Shown here in pieces: positions 27,141 through 36,878 of a DNA stretch of 61,851 bases. Position 1 is the stretch's first letter; every line of letters starts with the position of its first letter. The stretch spans positions 1 through 61,851 of the forward strand of contig SVTA01000001.1 in the NCBI GenBank assembly GCA_015064005.1. Reading direction: 5' to 3'. The position numbers and the translations under genes were made by a program. The stretch is from Oscillospiraceae bacterium (GTDB lineage: Bacteria > Bacillota > Clostridia > Oscillospirales > CAG-272). The notes below the pieces were generated by a model. It was given only the letters and a program-made list of their open reading frames with translations, had not been told where the DNA came from and searched no databases.

Positions 27141-28052
27141 ATGAAAAGATTGATGGCGCTGCTTCTGGCGGTGTTGATGATAACCGGATGCCTGTTTGCC
27201 GTGGCCTGCAAGACTCCCGATGACGGCGGAAAGCCCGATCCCCAGCCCCCTGCCGGTGACAGCGGAAACGAGGGCGACGGCGGAAGTGAAGGCGACGGTG
27301 GCAACGAGGGTGCCGGCGGCAGCGAGGACGATGACGATAACGCTGCTCCCGCCTACGAGCCCCGCATGTTCCTTGCCGGCTACGAGCGCTTGGTCGCCAC
27401 GGAAAGCGGCGAGCCTGCCACTCTTTACAATCGCGTGGTGCTGAATCTGAACGCTGACGGCACGCTGGACGCATTTGTCTGCTTTCTTGGCGGTACCGAG
27501 CATAAGACTGCGCACTACACCGGCACCTATAGCTTCGGCGTGAACGACGAGAACGATGAAACCATCACCTTTACCTACGTTCACGGTGACACAACCGAAA
27601 AGCACTCCGACGTGGCCATCATTGATGGCATGTTCGGTGCTCCCTTCTATCTAATCGATATGATGACCGCCAACGACGTCAAGTTCTTCGAGTCCGATCC
27701 CATTGCGCTGGAGGGCGAGATCTTCGCGGGCCATCGCGCAAAGGACAGCGCCATGGGCAACATGGTCTACGCCTACGTGGCCGTGCTGAAGGCCGACGGC
27801 ACCTTTACCGTCAGCATCATGCAGATGGCCGGTGCTACGATGCACATTGTGGGCAAGAGCGAGGGCACCTATGTCATCAATGGTGAGAGCATCACCTTTA
27901 CCTACGACGTTTCCGACGGTGAGGGCGGCATTGCCAAGGAGGATCACGTATCCGAGGGCACCGCATACAACGGCACCAGCTTCTCCGTGGGCTTCAACAT
28001 TGCCCAAGCAACCGTTGCTGCCTCCCCCTCTGTTTTCATCAAGCTGAAGTAA
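27141..28052 (+). CDS. lipoprotein with acidic G/E/D-rich linker and two lipocalin-like modules
   Basis: GGAGG RBS. Signal peptide with lipobox (LMITGC). GDSGNEGDGGSEGDGGNEGAGGSEDDDD low-complexity linker. Two ADGT...GTY...ITFTY modules. Confidence 0.8.
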   Translation: MKRLMALLLAVLMITGCLFAVACKTPDDGGKPDPQPPAGDSGNEGDGGSEGDGGNEGAGGSEDDDDNAAPAYEPRMFLAGYERLVATESGEPATLYNRVVLNLNADGTLDAFVCFLGGTEHKTAHYTGTYSFGVNDENDETITFTYVHGDTTEKHSDVAIIDGMFGAPFYLIDMMTANDVKFFESDPIALEGEIFAGHRAKDSAMGNMVYAYVAVLKADGTFTVSIMQMAGATMHIVGKSEGTYVINGESITFTYDVSDGEGGIAKEDHVSEGTAYNGTSFSVGFNIAQATVAASPSVFIKLK

Positions 28053-28085
28053 TCAAAATACATTAACATAAAAGGAGTTTTTATC

Positions 28086-28772
28086 ATGGAAAGAGCAAGA
28101 CTTGAAACCGGCGAACTGAACAGATTTTTCAACTGGGCTTACCGCACCCGCGGCAACACTGTAAAGTCCATGCTGGAGGGCAAGATGATGTCCCCCGAAA
28201 AGATCTTCCTGTCCTTCACCTCTCACGACCCCGTATTCATCAGCAACGGCCCTGCCGGCCTCAACGGCTCCGTTAAGGGCATCGGCTTCATTCCCCGTGA
28301 GGAGTACCTGGAGGAGGCTCTGGCCGCTTACGTCGAGCACATCAAGACCTACGACCCCGAGGACAAGACCTACAGCAACCGCGGCCTTGAGCTGCTGATG
28401 AAGTGGCTCTACTCCGAGGAGGCCGAGAAGACCGTGGACTTCAGCCACATCTACAGCGTGGAGATGGCCTTCAAGCACAGCTGGGCCAACTACCAGGTCA
28501 ACCCCGAGGCTACCTTGATGTTCTATCAGCCCCCCATCCTCTCCTACGAGGTGCGCGGCAAGATGGAGATCGTTGGCGAGCACAATGAGATGGGCTCCTG
28601 CTCTCCCTTTGAGCTGCCCCTCATCCAGCAATTCATCAACGCCCAGCACGACGTATACCACGCCCCCAACATCGAGCGCTGGGTGACCCGTCCCGCTTAC
28701 AAGTTCACCATTGAAGAGATCTTCGACAACTCTGCCAACAAGCAGGGCTTCGGCACCCAGATCCCCTACTGA
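28086..28772 (+). CDS. hypothetical cytoplasmic protein (possibly a split-barrel flavin-binding fold in the C-terminal half)
   Basis: AAAGGAG RBS; no signal peptide. NPEATLMFYQPPILSYEVRGKMEIVGE is weakly PNPOx-like. The stop overlaps the SBP start (TGATG). Confidence 0.6.
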   Translation: MERARLETGELNRFFNWAYRTRGNTVKSMLEGKMMSPEKIFLSFTSHDPVFISNGPAGLNGSVKGIGFIPREEYLEEALAAYVEHIKTYDPEDKTYSNRGLELLMKWLYSEEAEKTVDFSHIYSVEMAFKHSWANYQVNPEATLMFYQPPILSYEVRGKMEIVGEHNEMGSCSPFELPLIQQFINAQHDVYHAPNIERWVTRPAYKFTIEEIFDNSANKQGFGTQIPY

Positions 28773-30679
28773 TGCCGCATATGAAAAGACTGATCGCTTT
28801 GACCCTGGCGCTGCTGATGGTGCTTCCCGTATTCGCCTTCAGCGGCTGCCGCAGGGAGAAATACACCGATTCTCTGCGCATCGGCACCACTGCCCTGCCC
28901 AAGAATCTCAACCCCTATTCCTCTACCGCATCCTCCTCCACCTTCTTCGTAGGTATGTTCTACGATACGCTGCTGGGTAGCGATGCCAAGCCCGCCGATT
29001 ACAAGGAGGGCGAGACCTATACCTTCCCCGACGGCTCTGTCTACACCCCTGTGGATACCACAAAAAACCCCCTCGCCTTCACGGATGGCCTGCTCAGCCA
29101 CGTAGGCGCGCTCCCCCGCGAGGAGGGCAGCGTTTACGGCTACGAGTATTTCGATCCCACCGAGGAGGAATGGAAGGAGCAGTGCAAGCGCGAGTCCATC
29201 ATTGAGGGCTTTGACGAAAGCGGCATGCCCATTCTGGAAACGCACGAGCAGTTCCTTGCCCGCGCGGAGCTGACCGTGCCCAAGACCAACTGGATGCGCT
29301 TCCGCTTCCCCGTGGTGGCCGGCCACTCCTGGAACGACGGCACTCCCTTCACCGCCGAGGATATCAAATTCACCTTTGATTACATCATCAAGCACGCCGG
29401 CGCGCTCGGTAGCCAGGCCTACTTCCTCACCGATTACTATAAGAGCGAGGTAGTGGACGGCGACTTCGTGTTCGTGCTGGCCAGCAACAACTACACCTCC
29501 ATGAAATCCGTGTGCAACTCCATCGTTGTGCTGCCCAAGCACATCTGGAGCACCGTGCGCAACCCCGCCAAGGAGAAGAACCTCTCTCCCGTGGGCACCG
29601 GCCCCTACTACATTGCCGCCGGGGATTACATCGAGGACAGCACCATCACCGTTTCCCTGCGTCAGGATTACGATCCCGCCCTCAAGGCCAAAATGTTTGC
29701 CGGTGATCCCATCGAAAAAATCTCCGTCATTCTGATGAGCAACGAGGACGTGCTGATCAACGCCATGCGCGAGGGCAGCATTGATCTGATGATGGATAAC
29801 GTCACCTCTGCCAAGGCCTTTGCCGTTTCGGGCAACAGCGCCTACAAGGATATCAGGATCTCCTCCGTCAACAACGCCTTTGTCACCACCCTGCTCTTCA
29901 ATGTGGGCCCCTACGGTCAGTTCAAGGAGGGCGGCTTTAACGGCTACACCAAGGAGATCCGCGAGGCCATTTCCCTGTGCATCAATCAGCAGACCCTCAT
30001 TGACGACGTGCTGCACGGCATGGGCGTGCCGGTGGGTGACTGCCTGGTGCAGGATTACTACGACAACGCCTACCTTGACGAAAACGGCAATTACGTGTAT
30101 CACAAGACCGACGTGGACGCCGCCAACGCACTGCTGGACACCACCTCCTACAAGAAGGGGGCTGACGGCAAGCGCGGCATTACCCTGACGGTATTTGCCA
30201 CCCCCGGCAATGAGATCACGGTGAAGGCCCTCGCCTCTCAGCTTGCCAAGATCGGCATTACGCTGGAGTACGATCAGGCCACCTCTACCTACGCCGAGGA
30301 GATCAAGCAGAGCAACCATCCTACCTTTGATATGATCATCAACAGCGTGTCCTTTACCCCCGACAAGCTTTTGATGTACAGCGCCCGTTACAGCGTTTAC
30401 CCCGGTAGCGACAGCGTGCGGCTCTTCAACTACTCCGGCATTATTGATCCCGTTCTGATCGATATGATCACCAAGATGGAGCTGGCTGCCGACACCGAGG
30501 AGCAGTATCGGCTCTGCCGCGAGGTACAGGCCTACGTTGCCGACCTCTGCATCGAAATTCCCCTTTACGCCGAAAACACCATCACCCTTTACACCGCGCA
30601 GAAATGGACGGGCTGGGTGGAGGTGGAGGGCTCTTCCATCTGGAACAGCTATTCCATTCGGTATCTCAAGCGAGTATAA
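28772..30679 (+). CDS. ABC transporter substrate-binding lipoprotein, family 5 (peptide/nickel type)
   Basis: Lipobox VFAFSGC; 635 aa with family-5 SBP organisation. The start is either 28772 or 28781. Confidence 0.85.
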   Translation: MPHMKRLIALTLALLMVLPVFAFSGCRREKYTDSLRIGTTALPKNLNPYSSTASSSTFFVGMFYDTLLGSDAKPADYKEGETYTFPDGSVYTPVDTTKNPLAFTDGLLSHVGALPREEGSVYGYEYFDPTEEEWKEQCKRESIIEGFDESGMPILETHEQFLARAELTVPKTNWMRFRFPVVAGHSWNDGTPFTAEDIKFTFDYIIKHAGALGSQAYFLTDYYKSEVVDGDFVFVLASNNYTSMKSVCNSIVVLPKHIWSTVRNPAKEKNLSPVGTGPYYIAAGDYIEDSTITVSLRQDYDPALKAKMFAGDPIEKISVILMSNEDVLINAMREGSIDLMMDNVTSAKAFAVSGNSAYKDIRISSVNNAFVTTLLFNVGPYGQFKEGGFNGYTKEIREAISLCINQQTLIDDVLHGMGVPVGDCLVQDYYDNAYLDENGNYVYHKTDVDAANALLDTTSYKKGADGKRGITLTVFATPGNEITVKALASQLAKIGITLEYDQATSTYAEEIKQSNHPTFDMIINSVSFTPDKLLMYSARYSVYPGSDSVRLFNYSGIIDPVLIDMITKMELAADTEEQYRLCREVQAYVADLCIEIPLYAENTITLYTAQKWTGWVEVEGSSIWNSYSIRYLKRV

Positions 30680-30711
30680 TTAATTGAAATAATCTTCGGA
30701 GGACTGCGTCT

Positions 30712-31818
30712 ATGAAGGGCTACTACCTGAAAAAGGTGTTGAGCTCACTCTTCGTGCTTTTCATCATCATAACGCTGAATTTTTTCCTGCCGAGAATGAT
30801 CTTTAGCGACCCCGCACAGCCCTATTTTGCCGGTGTGCCCGAGGACCAAACGGCTCTGCGCGAGCAGATCCGTGAGGAATACGGCTTCAACGATCCCCTG
30901 ATCGTGCAGTATTTCGACTACCTTGGCCGCGTGTTCACCCTGGATCTGGGCACCTCACATATTTACAAGGATTCCGTATGGAAGGTAATGTTCAGCCGCA
31001 TCCCCTGGTCAATGGTGCTGACCGTTTCCTCCATGCTGTTCTCCATCACGCTGGGCATCATTTTGGGTGCCATTGCGGGTAAAAAGCGCGATCATGCGGC
31101 AGACAAGGCTCTGCTCGGCCTCTCCGGTGTCACCACCGCCATTCCTTCCTTCTGGCTGGCGCTGGTTTCACTGATGCTGCTTGCCTTTACGTTCCCTATT
31201 TTCCCCTATCGCGGTGCCATGACGGCAGGCTATACCCTCTCCTTCAACGGTCCCGTGTTCCTCATCGTGCTGCTGGCGGGCATCGCCCTTACCGTGGCAC
31301 TGAAGCTGATTACCCGAAGGATCATCTGCATCTTTATCGGATCTCCCCTTGCCGTGCTGGCGGCACTCCTTGCCGCCGTCCCCGTGGGTGATATCGTGGA
31401 CGTGGCCTATCACGCCGCGCTGCCCGTGATGATCTCGGTCTTCTCCGGCGTCATCTCCTACGGCCTTCTGGTGCGAAACAGTATGATCGCCGTCACCAAC
31501 GAGGATTACATCCTCACCGCGCGTGCCAAGGGTCTGCCGCCCGGTGTGGTGCTTTACAAGCACACCTTCCGCAACGCGCTTCTCCCCCTCATCACCAACG
31601 TGGGTATGTCTATGGCGGGTCTGCTTGGCGGCAGCGTGCTGATGGAAAAGATCTTCTCCTGGCCCGGTATGGGACAGCTTTTGCTTGACGCCTGCAATAA
31701 CGGCGACTACCAGCTTTCTCAGGCCATTCTCCTGCTCTTTGCCACCATCACCGTGGTTTGTAACTTCATTACCGACCTTGTGTATCACAAGTTCGATCCT
31801 CGCGTGAAGGAGGTATGA
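30712..31818 (+). CDS. ABC transporter permease (OppB/DppB-like)
   Basis: ARAKGLPPGVVLYKHTFRNALLPLIT EAA-type loop; six TM segments. Confidence 0.9.
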   Translation: MKGYYLKKVLSSLFVLFIIITLNFFLPRMIFSDPAQPYFAGVPEDQTALREQIREEYGFNDPLIVQYFDYLGRVFTLDLGTSHIYKDSVWKVMFSRIPWSMVLTVSSMLFSITLGIILGAIAGKKRDHAADKALLGLSGVTTAIPSFWLALVSLMLLAFTFPIFPYRGAMTAGYTLSFNGPVFLIVLLAGIALTVALKLITRRIICIFIGSPLAVLAALLAAVPVGDIVDVAYHAALPVMISVFSGVISYGLLVRNSMIAVTNEDYILTARAKGLPPGVVLYKHTFRNALLPLITNVGMSMAGLLGGSVLMEKIFSWPGMGQLLLDACNNGDYQLSQAILLLFATITVVCNFITDLVYHKFDPRVKEV

Positions 31819-31820
31819 GC

Positions 31821-32834
31821 ATGAAGAAATTCGGTACACATCTGCTTGCCACGCTCCGTGGCATCGGCAATTTTCTCTTGAAAATTGTAAAGAATCCCAA
31901 AGGCAGGGTTGGTGTCATTTTGGTAGGCATCGTCGTACTGGCGGCGATCCTCGCCCCGGTGCTGACGCCCTACGAGCTGGATGCCTACGACATCGCCAAC
32001 GGCCTTGCCAAGCCCTCTCTGGAGCATCCCCTTGGCACAGATAAAAACGGCATTGACATTCTCACACAAATCCTTTACGGTGCCCGCATCTCGCTGATCA
32101 TCGGTATTGTCACCGGCCTTTGCGTCACGCTTTTGGGGGCCACCCTCGGCGTGGTTTCCGCCTATTTCGGCAAGGTGCCCGCCACCGTCATTCTCAACCT
32201 CATCAACGTACTGCTGGTGATCCCCACCACGCCCCTGATGATGATCATGAGCAATCTTTCCTCCAGTTATCTGATGATGATCGCCATTTTCACCCTGATC
32301 GGCTGGTGCGGTACCGCCCGCGTGGTGCGCGCCCAGGTGCTTTCCGTCATGAATATGAACTATATTCGCGCGGCAGAGCTCTCCGGCGGCTCCAAAACCT
32401 ACATCATGTACCGTCACATTCTCCCCGCCGTTTCCCACCTCTTGATCATGAACTGCGCGCTTTCCTGCGCCGGCTTCATGATCGCGGAGGCAGGCCTCAG
32501 CTTTATCGGCCTTGGCGACCCCTCCGTCATCAGCTGGGGTAAGATCCTTGTGGCGGCACAGGAAAGCGCCTTCACCTCCGGCCTGTGGGCTTGGGTGTTG
32601 GCTCCCGGCGTTGCCATTTTCATTACCGTTTACGGCTTTATGCAGATCGGCTATGCGTTGGAGGAGATCCTCAACCCCAAAATGAAGCGCAAGAAGGACA
32701 AGCGCGCCAAGGGCCTGCCTCCCGAGGAGGCGGCTGCCGCCGTATTCGCGACCATGACGGAGCAAAGCGAGGAGGATGCGCTGCACCTCAAGGAGCAATT
32801 TGCAAAGGAGGTGGCTGTCAATGAACGTGCTTGA
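31821..32834 (+). CDS. ABC transporter permease (OppC/DppC-like)
   Basis: ATG 31821 lies 7 nt after AAGGAGG; an alternative ATG lies at 31815. AAELSGGSKTYIMYRHILPAV loop. Confidence 0.9.
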   Translation: MKKFGTHLLATLRGIGNFLLKIVKNPKGRVGVILVGIVVLAAILAPVLTPYELDAYDIANGLAKPSLEHPLGTDKNGIDILTQILYGARISLIIGIVTGLCVTLLGATLGVVSAYFGKVPATVILNLINVLLVIPTTPLMMIMSNLSSSYLMMIAIFTLIGWCGTARVVRAQVLSVMNMNYIRAAELSGGSKTYIMYRHILPAVSHLLIMNCALSCAGFMIAEAGLSFIGLGDPSVISWGKILVAAQESAFTSGLWAWVLAPGVAIFITVYGFMQIGYALEEILNPKMKRKKDKRAKGLPPEEAAAAVFATMTEQSEEDALHLKEQFAKEVAVNERA

Positions 32835-33822
32835 CATTAAAAATTTAAAGGTAGTTTTCCGCACGGAGGAGGGCTTCGTCCGCGCCGTTGAGGGCGTGGA
32901 TATCCACGTGGGTGAGGGCGAGCGCGTTGCCATTGTGGGCGAGTCCGGCTGCGGCAAGAGCGTGACCAGCCTTGCCTGCATGAATCTGCTCACCACCCCG
33001 CCCGCTTACGTCACGGCGGATCGCTTTGTGTTCACTGATCGCTCCGGCCATCGGCACAACATTCTGGAAAAAACCGAAAACGAGATGCTGGCGCTGCGCG
33101 CCGAGGAGATGGCCATGATCTTTCAGGATCCCTCCACCTTCCTCAATCCCGTTATGACCATTGGCGAGCAGCTGGACGAGGTATTCATCTATCATATGAA
33201 TATGAAGCCCAAGGCCGCCCGCGCCTGCTCCCTTACCATGATGAAAAAGGTCGGCATCCCCGACCCCGAAATGCGCGCCTCCCAGTACCCCCACGAGCTT
33301 TCCGGCGGTCTGAAGCAGCGCATTCTCATTGCCATGGCCACATCCCTGTCGCCCCGTCTGCTGATCGCCGACGAGCCCACCACAGCCTTGGACGTGACGA
33401 TTCAGGCGCAGATCCTGCAACTGATCTCTGATCGGTGCGAGAAGGAAAAGATGTCCCTGCTGATGATCACCCACGACCTGGGCGTCGTCCGCGAGATGGC
33501 AGACCGCGTGTACGTCATGTATTGCGGCAAGATCGTGGAGGAGGGCACCATCGATGAGATCATGCAAAATCCGCAGCATCCCTACACCAAGGCGCTGATC
33601 GACACGGTGCCGGGTATGGATGAGCAGGTGGAGCGCTTTGTGCAGATCCCGCACAATGTCCCCCACCCCATGCACAAGCCCGAGGGCTGCTACTTCTCCA
33701 ATCGCTGCGCCTATTGCACCGCCCTCTGCCGGCAAAAGCAGCCCCCGCTCTTTGATCGGGGCGACGGCAGAAAAATTCGTTGTTACTACACACCGGAGGA
33801 ACTATGGCTGAAATCTTACTAA
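32821..33822 (+). CDS. oligopeptide/dipeptide ABC transporter ATP-binding protein (OppD-like)
   Basis: ATG 32821 follows AAAGGAGG. GESGCGKS, LSGGLKQR, LIADEPTT, and a C-terminal Cys-rich oligo_HPY extension. Confidence 0.9.
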   Translation: MNVLDIKNLKVVFRTEEGFVRAVEGVDIHVGEGERVAIVGESGCGKSVTSLACMNLLTTPPAYVTADRFVFTDRSGHRHNILEKTENEMLALRAEEMAMIFQDPSTFLNPVMTIGEQLDEVFIYHMNMKPKAARACSLTMMKKVGIPDPEMRASQYPHELSGGLKQRILIAMATSLSPRLLIADEPTTALDVTIQAQILQLISDRCEKEKMSLLMITHDLGVVREMADRVYVMYCGKIVEEGTIDEIMQNPQHPYTKALIDTVPGMDEQVERFVQIPHNVPHPMHKPEGCYFSNRCAYCTALCRQKQPPLFDRGDGRKIRCYYTPEELWLKSY

Positions 33823-34781
33823 AAACAAATGATCTCACGGTGGATTTCAAGATCAAAAAAAGCTTGTTCGGCAAGCCCGGCCGTCTTTCCGCCGTGAAAA
33901 ACATCAATTTGGAGATCAAACGGGGTGAGATCTACGGTCTTGTGGGTGAATCCGGCTGTGGCAAAACCACGCTGGCCAACGCCATTCTCGGCTTTGTGCC
34001 CATCACCTCCGGCTCCTTTGAGTGCTTTGGAAAAACCATTGACGCCAAATCCTCCGCTGCCGATTGGCGGGAGGTACGGCGCCACATGCAGACCGTTTTT
34101 CAGGATCCCTACTCCTCGCTGAACTCCCGTTTTACCGTATGGCAGATCATCTCAGAGCCTCTGTATATTGCAGGCGAGCGTGACACCCGTGTACTGCGGG
34201 AGCGGGCGGCAGGCCTCATTGAAAAGGTTGGCCTTTCCCTGCAAGATCTTGACCGCTATGTGTTTGAGTTCTCCGGCGGTCAGCGACAGCGTATTGCCAT
34301 CGCAAGAGCCCTGATCGCTGACGCGGAGCTGATCATCTGCGACGAGCCTACCTCGGCGCTGGACGTTTCCGTGCATTCTCAGATCTGCAATCTGCTGCTT
34401 GACCTGCGGGAGGAGTTTGAGCTGACATATCTCTTCATCTCCCATAATCTGTCTCTCATCAAGCACATTACCGATCACATGTCGGTGATGTATCTCGGCG
34501 AGGTGATGGAAAGTGGCTCGACGGAGGAGATTTTCCGTGACCCCCGCACCCCCTATACCGAGGCCTTGATGTCCGCCATTCTGGAGGTCAACCCATCCAC
34601 CAAGCGTGAGCGCATCATCCTCTCCGGCGAGGCGCGCAGCCCCATCGATCCCCCCAACCTCTGCCGCTTTGCCAACCGCTGCCCCAAGGCAACCGACCGT
34701 TGCCGCATCGCTCCCCTGCCCGCCCCCGTAGAGATCGCGCCGGAGCATTTCGCCCGCTGTCATTTGTGCGGCGAAAAATGA
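33804..34781 (+). CDS. oligopeptide/dipeptide ABC transporter ATP-binding protein (OppF-like)
   Basis: ATG 33804 follows GGAGGA. GESGCGKTT, FSGGQRQR, IICDEPTS. Confidence 0.9.
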   Translation: MAEILLKTNDLTVDFKIKKSLFGKPGRLSAVKNINLEIKRGEIYGLVGESGCGKTTLANAILGFVPITSGSFECFGKTIDAKSSAADWREVRRHMQTVFQDPYSSLNSRFTVWQIISEPLYIAGERDTRVLRERAAGLIEKVGLSLQDLDRYVFEFSGGQRQRIAIARALIADAELIICDEPTSALDVSVHSQICNLLLDLREEFELTYLFISHNLSLIKHITDHMSVMYLGEVMESGSTEEIFRDPRTPYTEALMSAILEVNPSTKRERIILSGEARSPIDPPNLCRFANRCPKATDRCRIAPLPAPVEIAPEHFARCHLCGEK

Positions 34782-34894
34782 GGAGCGCCCAAGGGAAGCA
34801 CGGGAATCCGGCGACCTTGACCTTTGATTTGTCGCTAAAAGCCAAATTTTCAAAAAAATAACCGAGATAATTGAGAAATCTCCCAATTTTTCTC

Positions 34895-34923
34895 TTGACT
34901 CTGCCATAATAGTGTGCTATAAT
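34895..34923 (+). promoter_or_regulatory. promoter upstream of the Cys-repeat lipoprotein gene
   Basis: TTGACT-N17-TATAAT, with a TG extension. It leaves a ~170-nt leader. Confidence 0.55.
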
Positions 34924-35093
34924 AGTAGTCAAGTATTGGTGCATGCTTGTATTTTGCGTAAAACGCAACGGAAAAGCATCGCCAAAGCCCCATTTATCCA
35001 TTACCGCCAGATCGATGTCGGCAGCGTGCCGCCATTGCATCTGCGGTGGGAAAATAAAATGTGTCCAAAATAATATTTTTAGGAGGAAACACA

Positions 35094-36092
35094 ATGAAAC
35101 GCATTCTTACCCTTGTGCTGGTTCTGATGCTGGTGATGCTGGCTGTTGTAGCCTGCACGAAGCCCGAAGAGCCCCACACCCACAGCGCTACCAAGACCGA
35201 GCAGGTAAATGCAACCTGCACCGCCGCAGGCGTGAAGGCATATTGGTACTGCTCTGGCTGCACAACCTACTTCGCTGACGAGGCCTGCACCAGCAAGATC
35301 GATAGCATCGACGCTTGGAAGGCTGCCGATGGCAAGATCGCTGCACTCGGCCACACCACTCTGGTTGAGAAGTCCGCTGCTGTTGCTGCGACCTGTACCA
35401 CTGCCGGCAAGACCGCTGTGATGGGCTGCGAGAGATGCGACTACACCGAGGGCGGCACCGAGATCGCTGCTAAGGGCCATTCCGCAACCAAGACCAACCA
35501 GGTTGATCCTACCGCTACCACTGATGGCGTAAAGGCTTACTGGTACTGCTCCGCTTGCGAGTGCTACTTCTCTGACGAGGCTTGCACCGCTAAGATCGAG
35601 AACCTCGACGCTTGGAAGACCGGCGACGGCAAGATTCCCGCTACCGGCGCTCCTGAGCTTCCTCCTGTAAATGAGGGTACCCTGAAGGCCGGCGTGTATA
35701 AGGGAACCGCAGCCGTTACCGGCGCGCCCATGTCCTTCAACATGACCCTTACCCTGAAGGCTGACAACACCTTCACACTGACCGATGCTGCAGGCGCTGA
35801 CAAGGGATCCGGTACTTGGGCTCTGACCGGTGACTGCTACACCCTGACCTTCGGTGCCGAGAAGACCACCACCTTCGTGGTAAAGGCTGACGGCTCTCTG
35901 CAGATCACCTCTCGCCTGTACTACGGTGCTATGAGCATTGATATCACTATGGTTGATGGCGGCACGATCGTCTTCTCCTTCGACAGCGATATTCCCACCG
36001 ATCCCGAGCAGCCCGGCGGCGGCGACGATCCCGAGCAGCCCACCGACAAGGACGACATCGTAGAAGACGATTTCGTAGCTCCCATCGTGTGA
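35094..36092 (+). CDS. lipoprotein with three Cys-rich ATCTxxG...CxxC modules and a C-terminal lipocalin-like module
   Basis: AGGAGG RBS; lipobox AVVAC. The repeated module is H-S-A-T-K-T-x-Q-V-x(3)-[CA]-T-x(2)-G-V-K-A-Y-W-Y-C-S-x-C-x(2)-Y-F-[AS]-D-E-A-C-T (nt 35181-35648). The C-terminal part contains LKADNTFT...GTWAL...YTLTF. Confidence 0.8.
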   Translation: MKRILTLVLVLMLVMLAVVACTKPEEPHTHSATKTEQVNATCTAAGVKAYWYCSGCTTYFADEACTSKIDSIDAWKAADGKIAALGHTTLVEKSAAVAATCTTAGKTAVMGCERCDYTEGGTEIAAKGHSATKTNQVDPTATTDGVKAYWYCSACECYFSDEACTAKIENLDAWKTGDGKIPATGAPELPPVNEGTLKAGVYKGTAAVTGAPMSFNMTLTLKADNTFTLTDAAGADKGSGTWALTGDCYTLTFGAEKTTTFVVKADGSLQITSRLYYGAMSIDITMVDGGTIVFSFDSDIPTDPEQPGGGDDPEQPTDKDDIVEDDFVAPIV

Positions 36093-36122
36093 TTCCTATC
36101 TATTACATAGATCACCAAACAT

Positions 36123-36160
36123 AAAAATACCCACGGCGCTATGCGCCGTGGGTATTTTTT
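36123..36160. terminator. bidirectional terminator
   Basis: AAAAATACCCACGGCGC-tat-GCGCCGTGGGTATTTTTT. Confidence 0.85.
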
Positions 36161-36181
36161 ATGCATATTTGTCACTTAGCA

Positions 36182-36877
36182 TCAGCCCTCGCGGGGTTCG
36201 CCACCCCGGAGCAGCTGATACCGACCGCTGCGAAGCGTCGAGAGCAGCTCCCCATCAGTAGTGATGGGCGTATCCGTCAGAATACCGCCGCCGATGATCT
36301 GCCAATCGCAGTGCAAATCAGACCCGGAGGTTTTGATCAGCGAGAAGCGATTTGCCCAAAATTCCGCCACATCGTTGCGACTGGCGTGTCCTACGCTGCA
36401 ATTCCAAACCTCCACGCCATCAATAAAGGTGGGATCGGAAATCACCACGTTATTGCGGAAGGGGTGCGCTTGAATCAGCAGACCGCCCGCCTCGCGCACA
36501 CGCACGGAGAAATCCTTGAATTTCAGCTGCAAAATATCGGGGTTGGACAGCAGAAATTCCTCGCCGAGACCGTACACCAAGAAATCGGTCTCCTCTTGGT
36601 AATCAAGACGGAATTCCATACCCATCAAAATATGCAGGCGGTCACCCGCCGCCGCCTTCATTTTTTCAAAATCACTGAGGAAGAAGGAAACCTTCTCCTC
36701 CCACGTGGCATCCGCGGCCATGACGGCGGTGCGAAAAGTGTGGCGACTGAAATGATTGGTCAGCACCACCGTGGTAAAGCCCGCAGTCAAATACGTTTCC
36801 ACCAATTGCTCAGCGGCAATGCGTCCGCAGGAACTGACGGGCATACTGTGGCAATGCAGTTCTGTTTTAAAGCTCAT
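36182..36877 (-). CDS. PHP-domain metal-dependent phosphoesterase
   Basis: The N-terminal ELHCHS...TNHF and downstream H/D residues are typical of PHP. The start lies 1 nt after the tyrS stop. Confidence 0.75.
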   Translation of the reverse strand: MSFKTELHCHSMPVSSCGRIAAEQLVETYLTAGFTTVVLTNHFSRHTFRTAVMAADATWEEKVSFFLSDFEKMKAAAGDRLHILMGMEFRLDYQEETDFLVYGLGEEFLLSNPDILQLKFKDFSVRVREAGGLLIQAHPFRNNVVISDPTFIDGVEVWNCSVGHASRNDVAEFWANRFSLIKTSGSDLHCDWQIIGGGILTDTPITTDGELLSTLRSGRYQLLRGGEPREG

Positions 36878-36878
36878 T

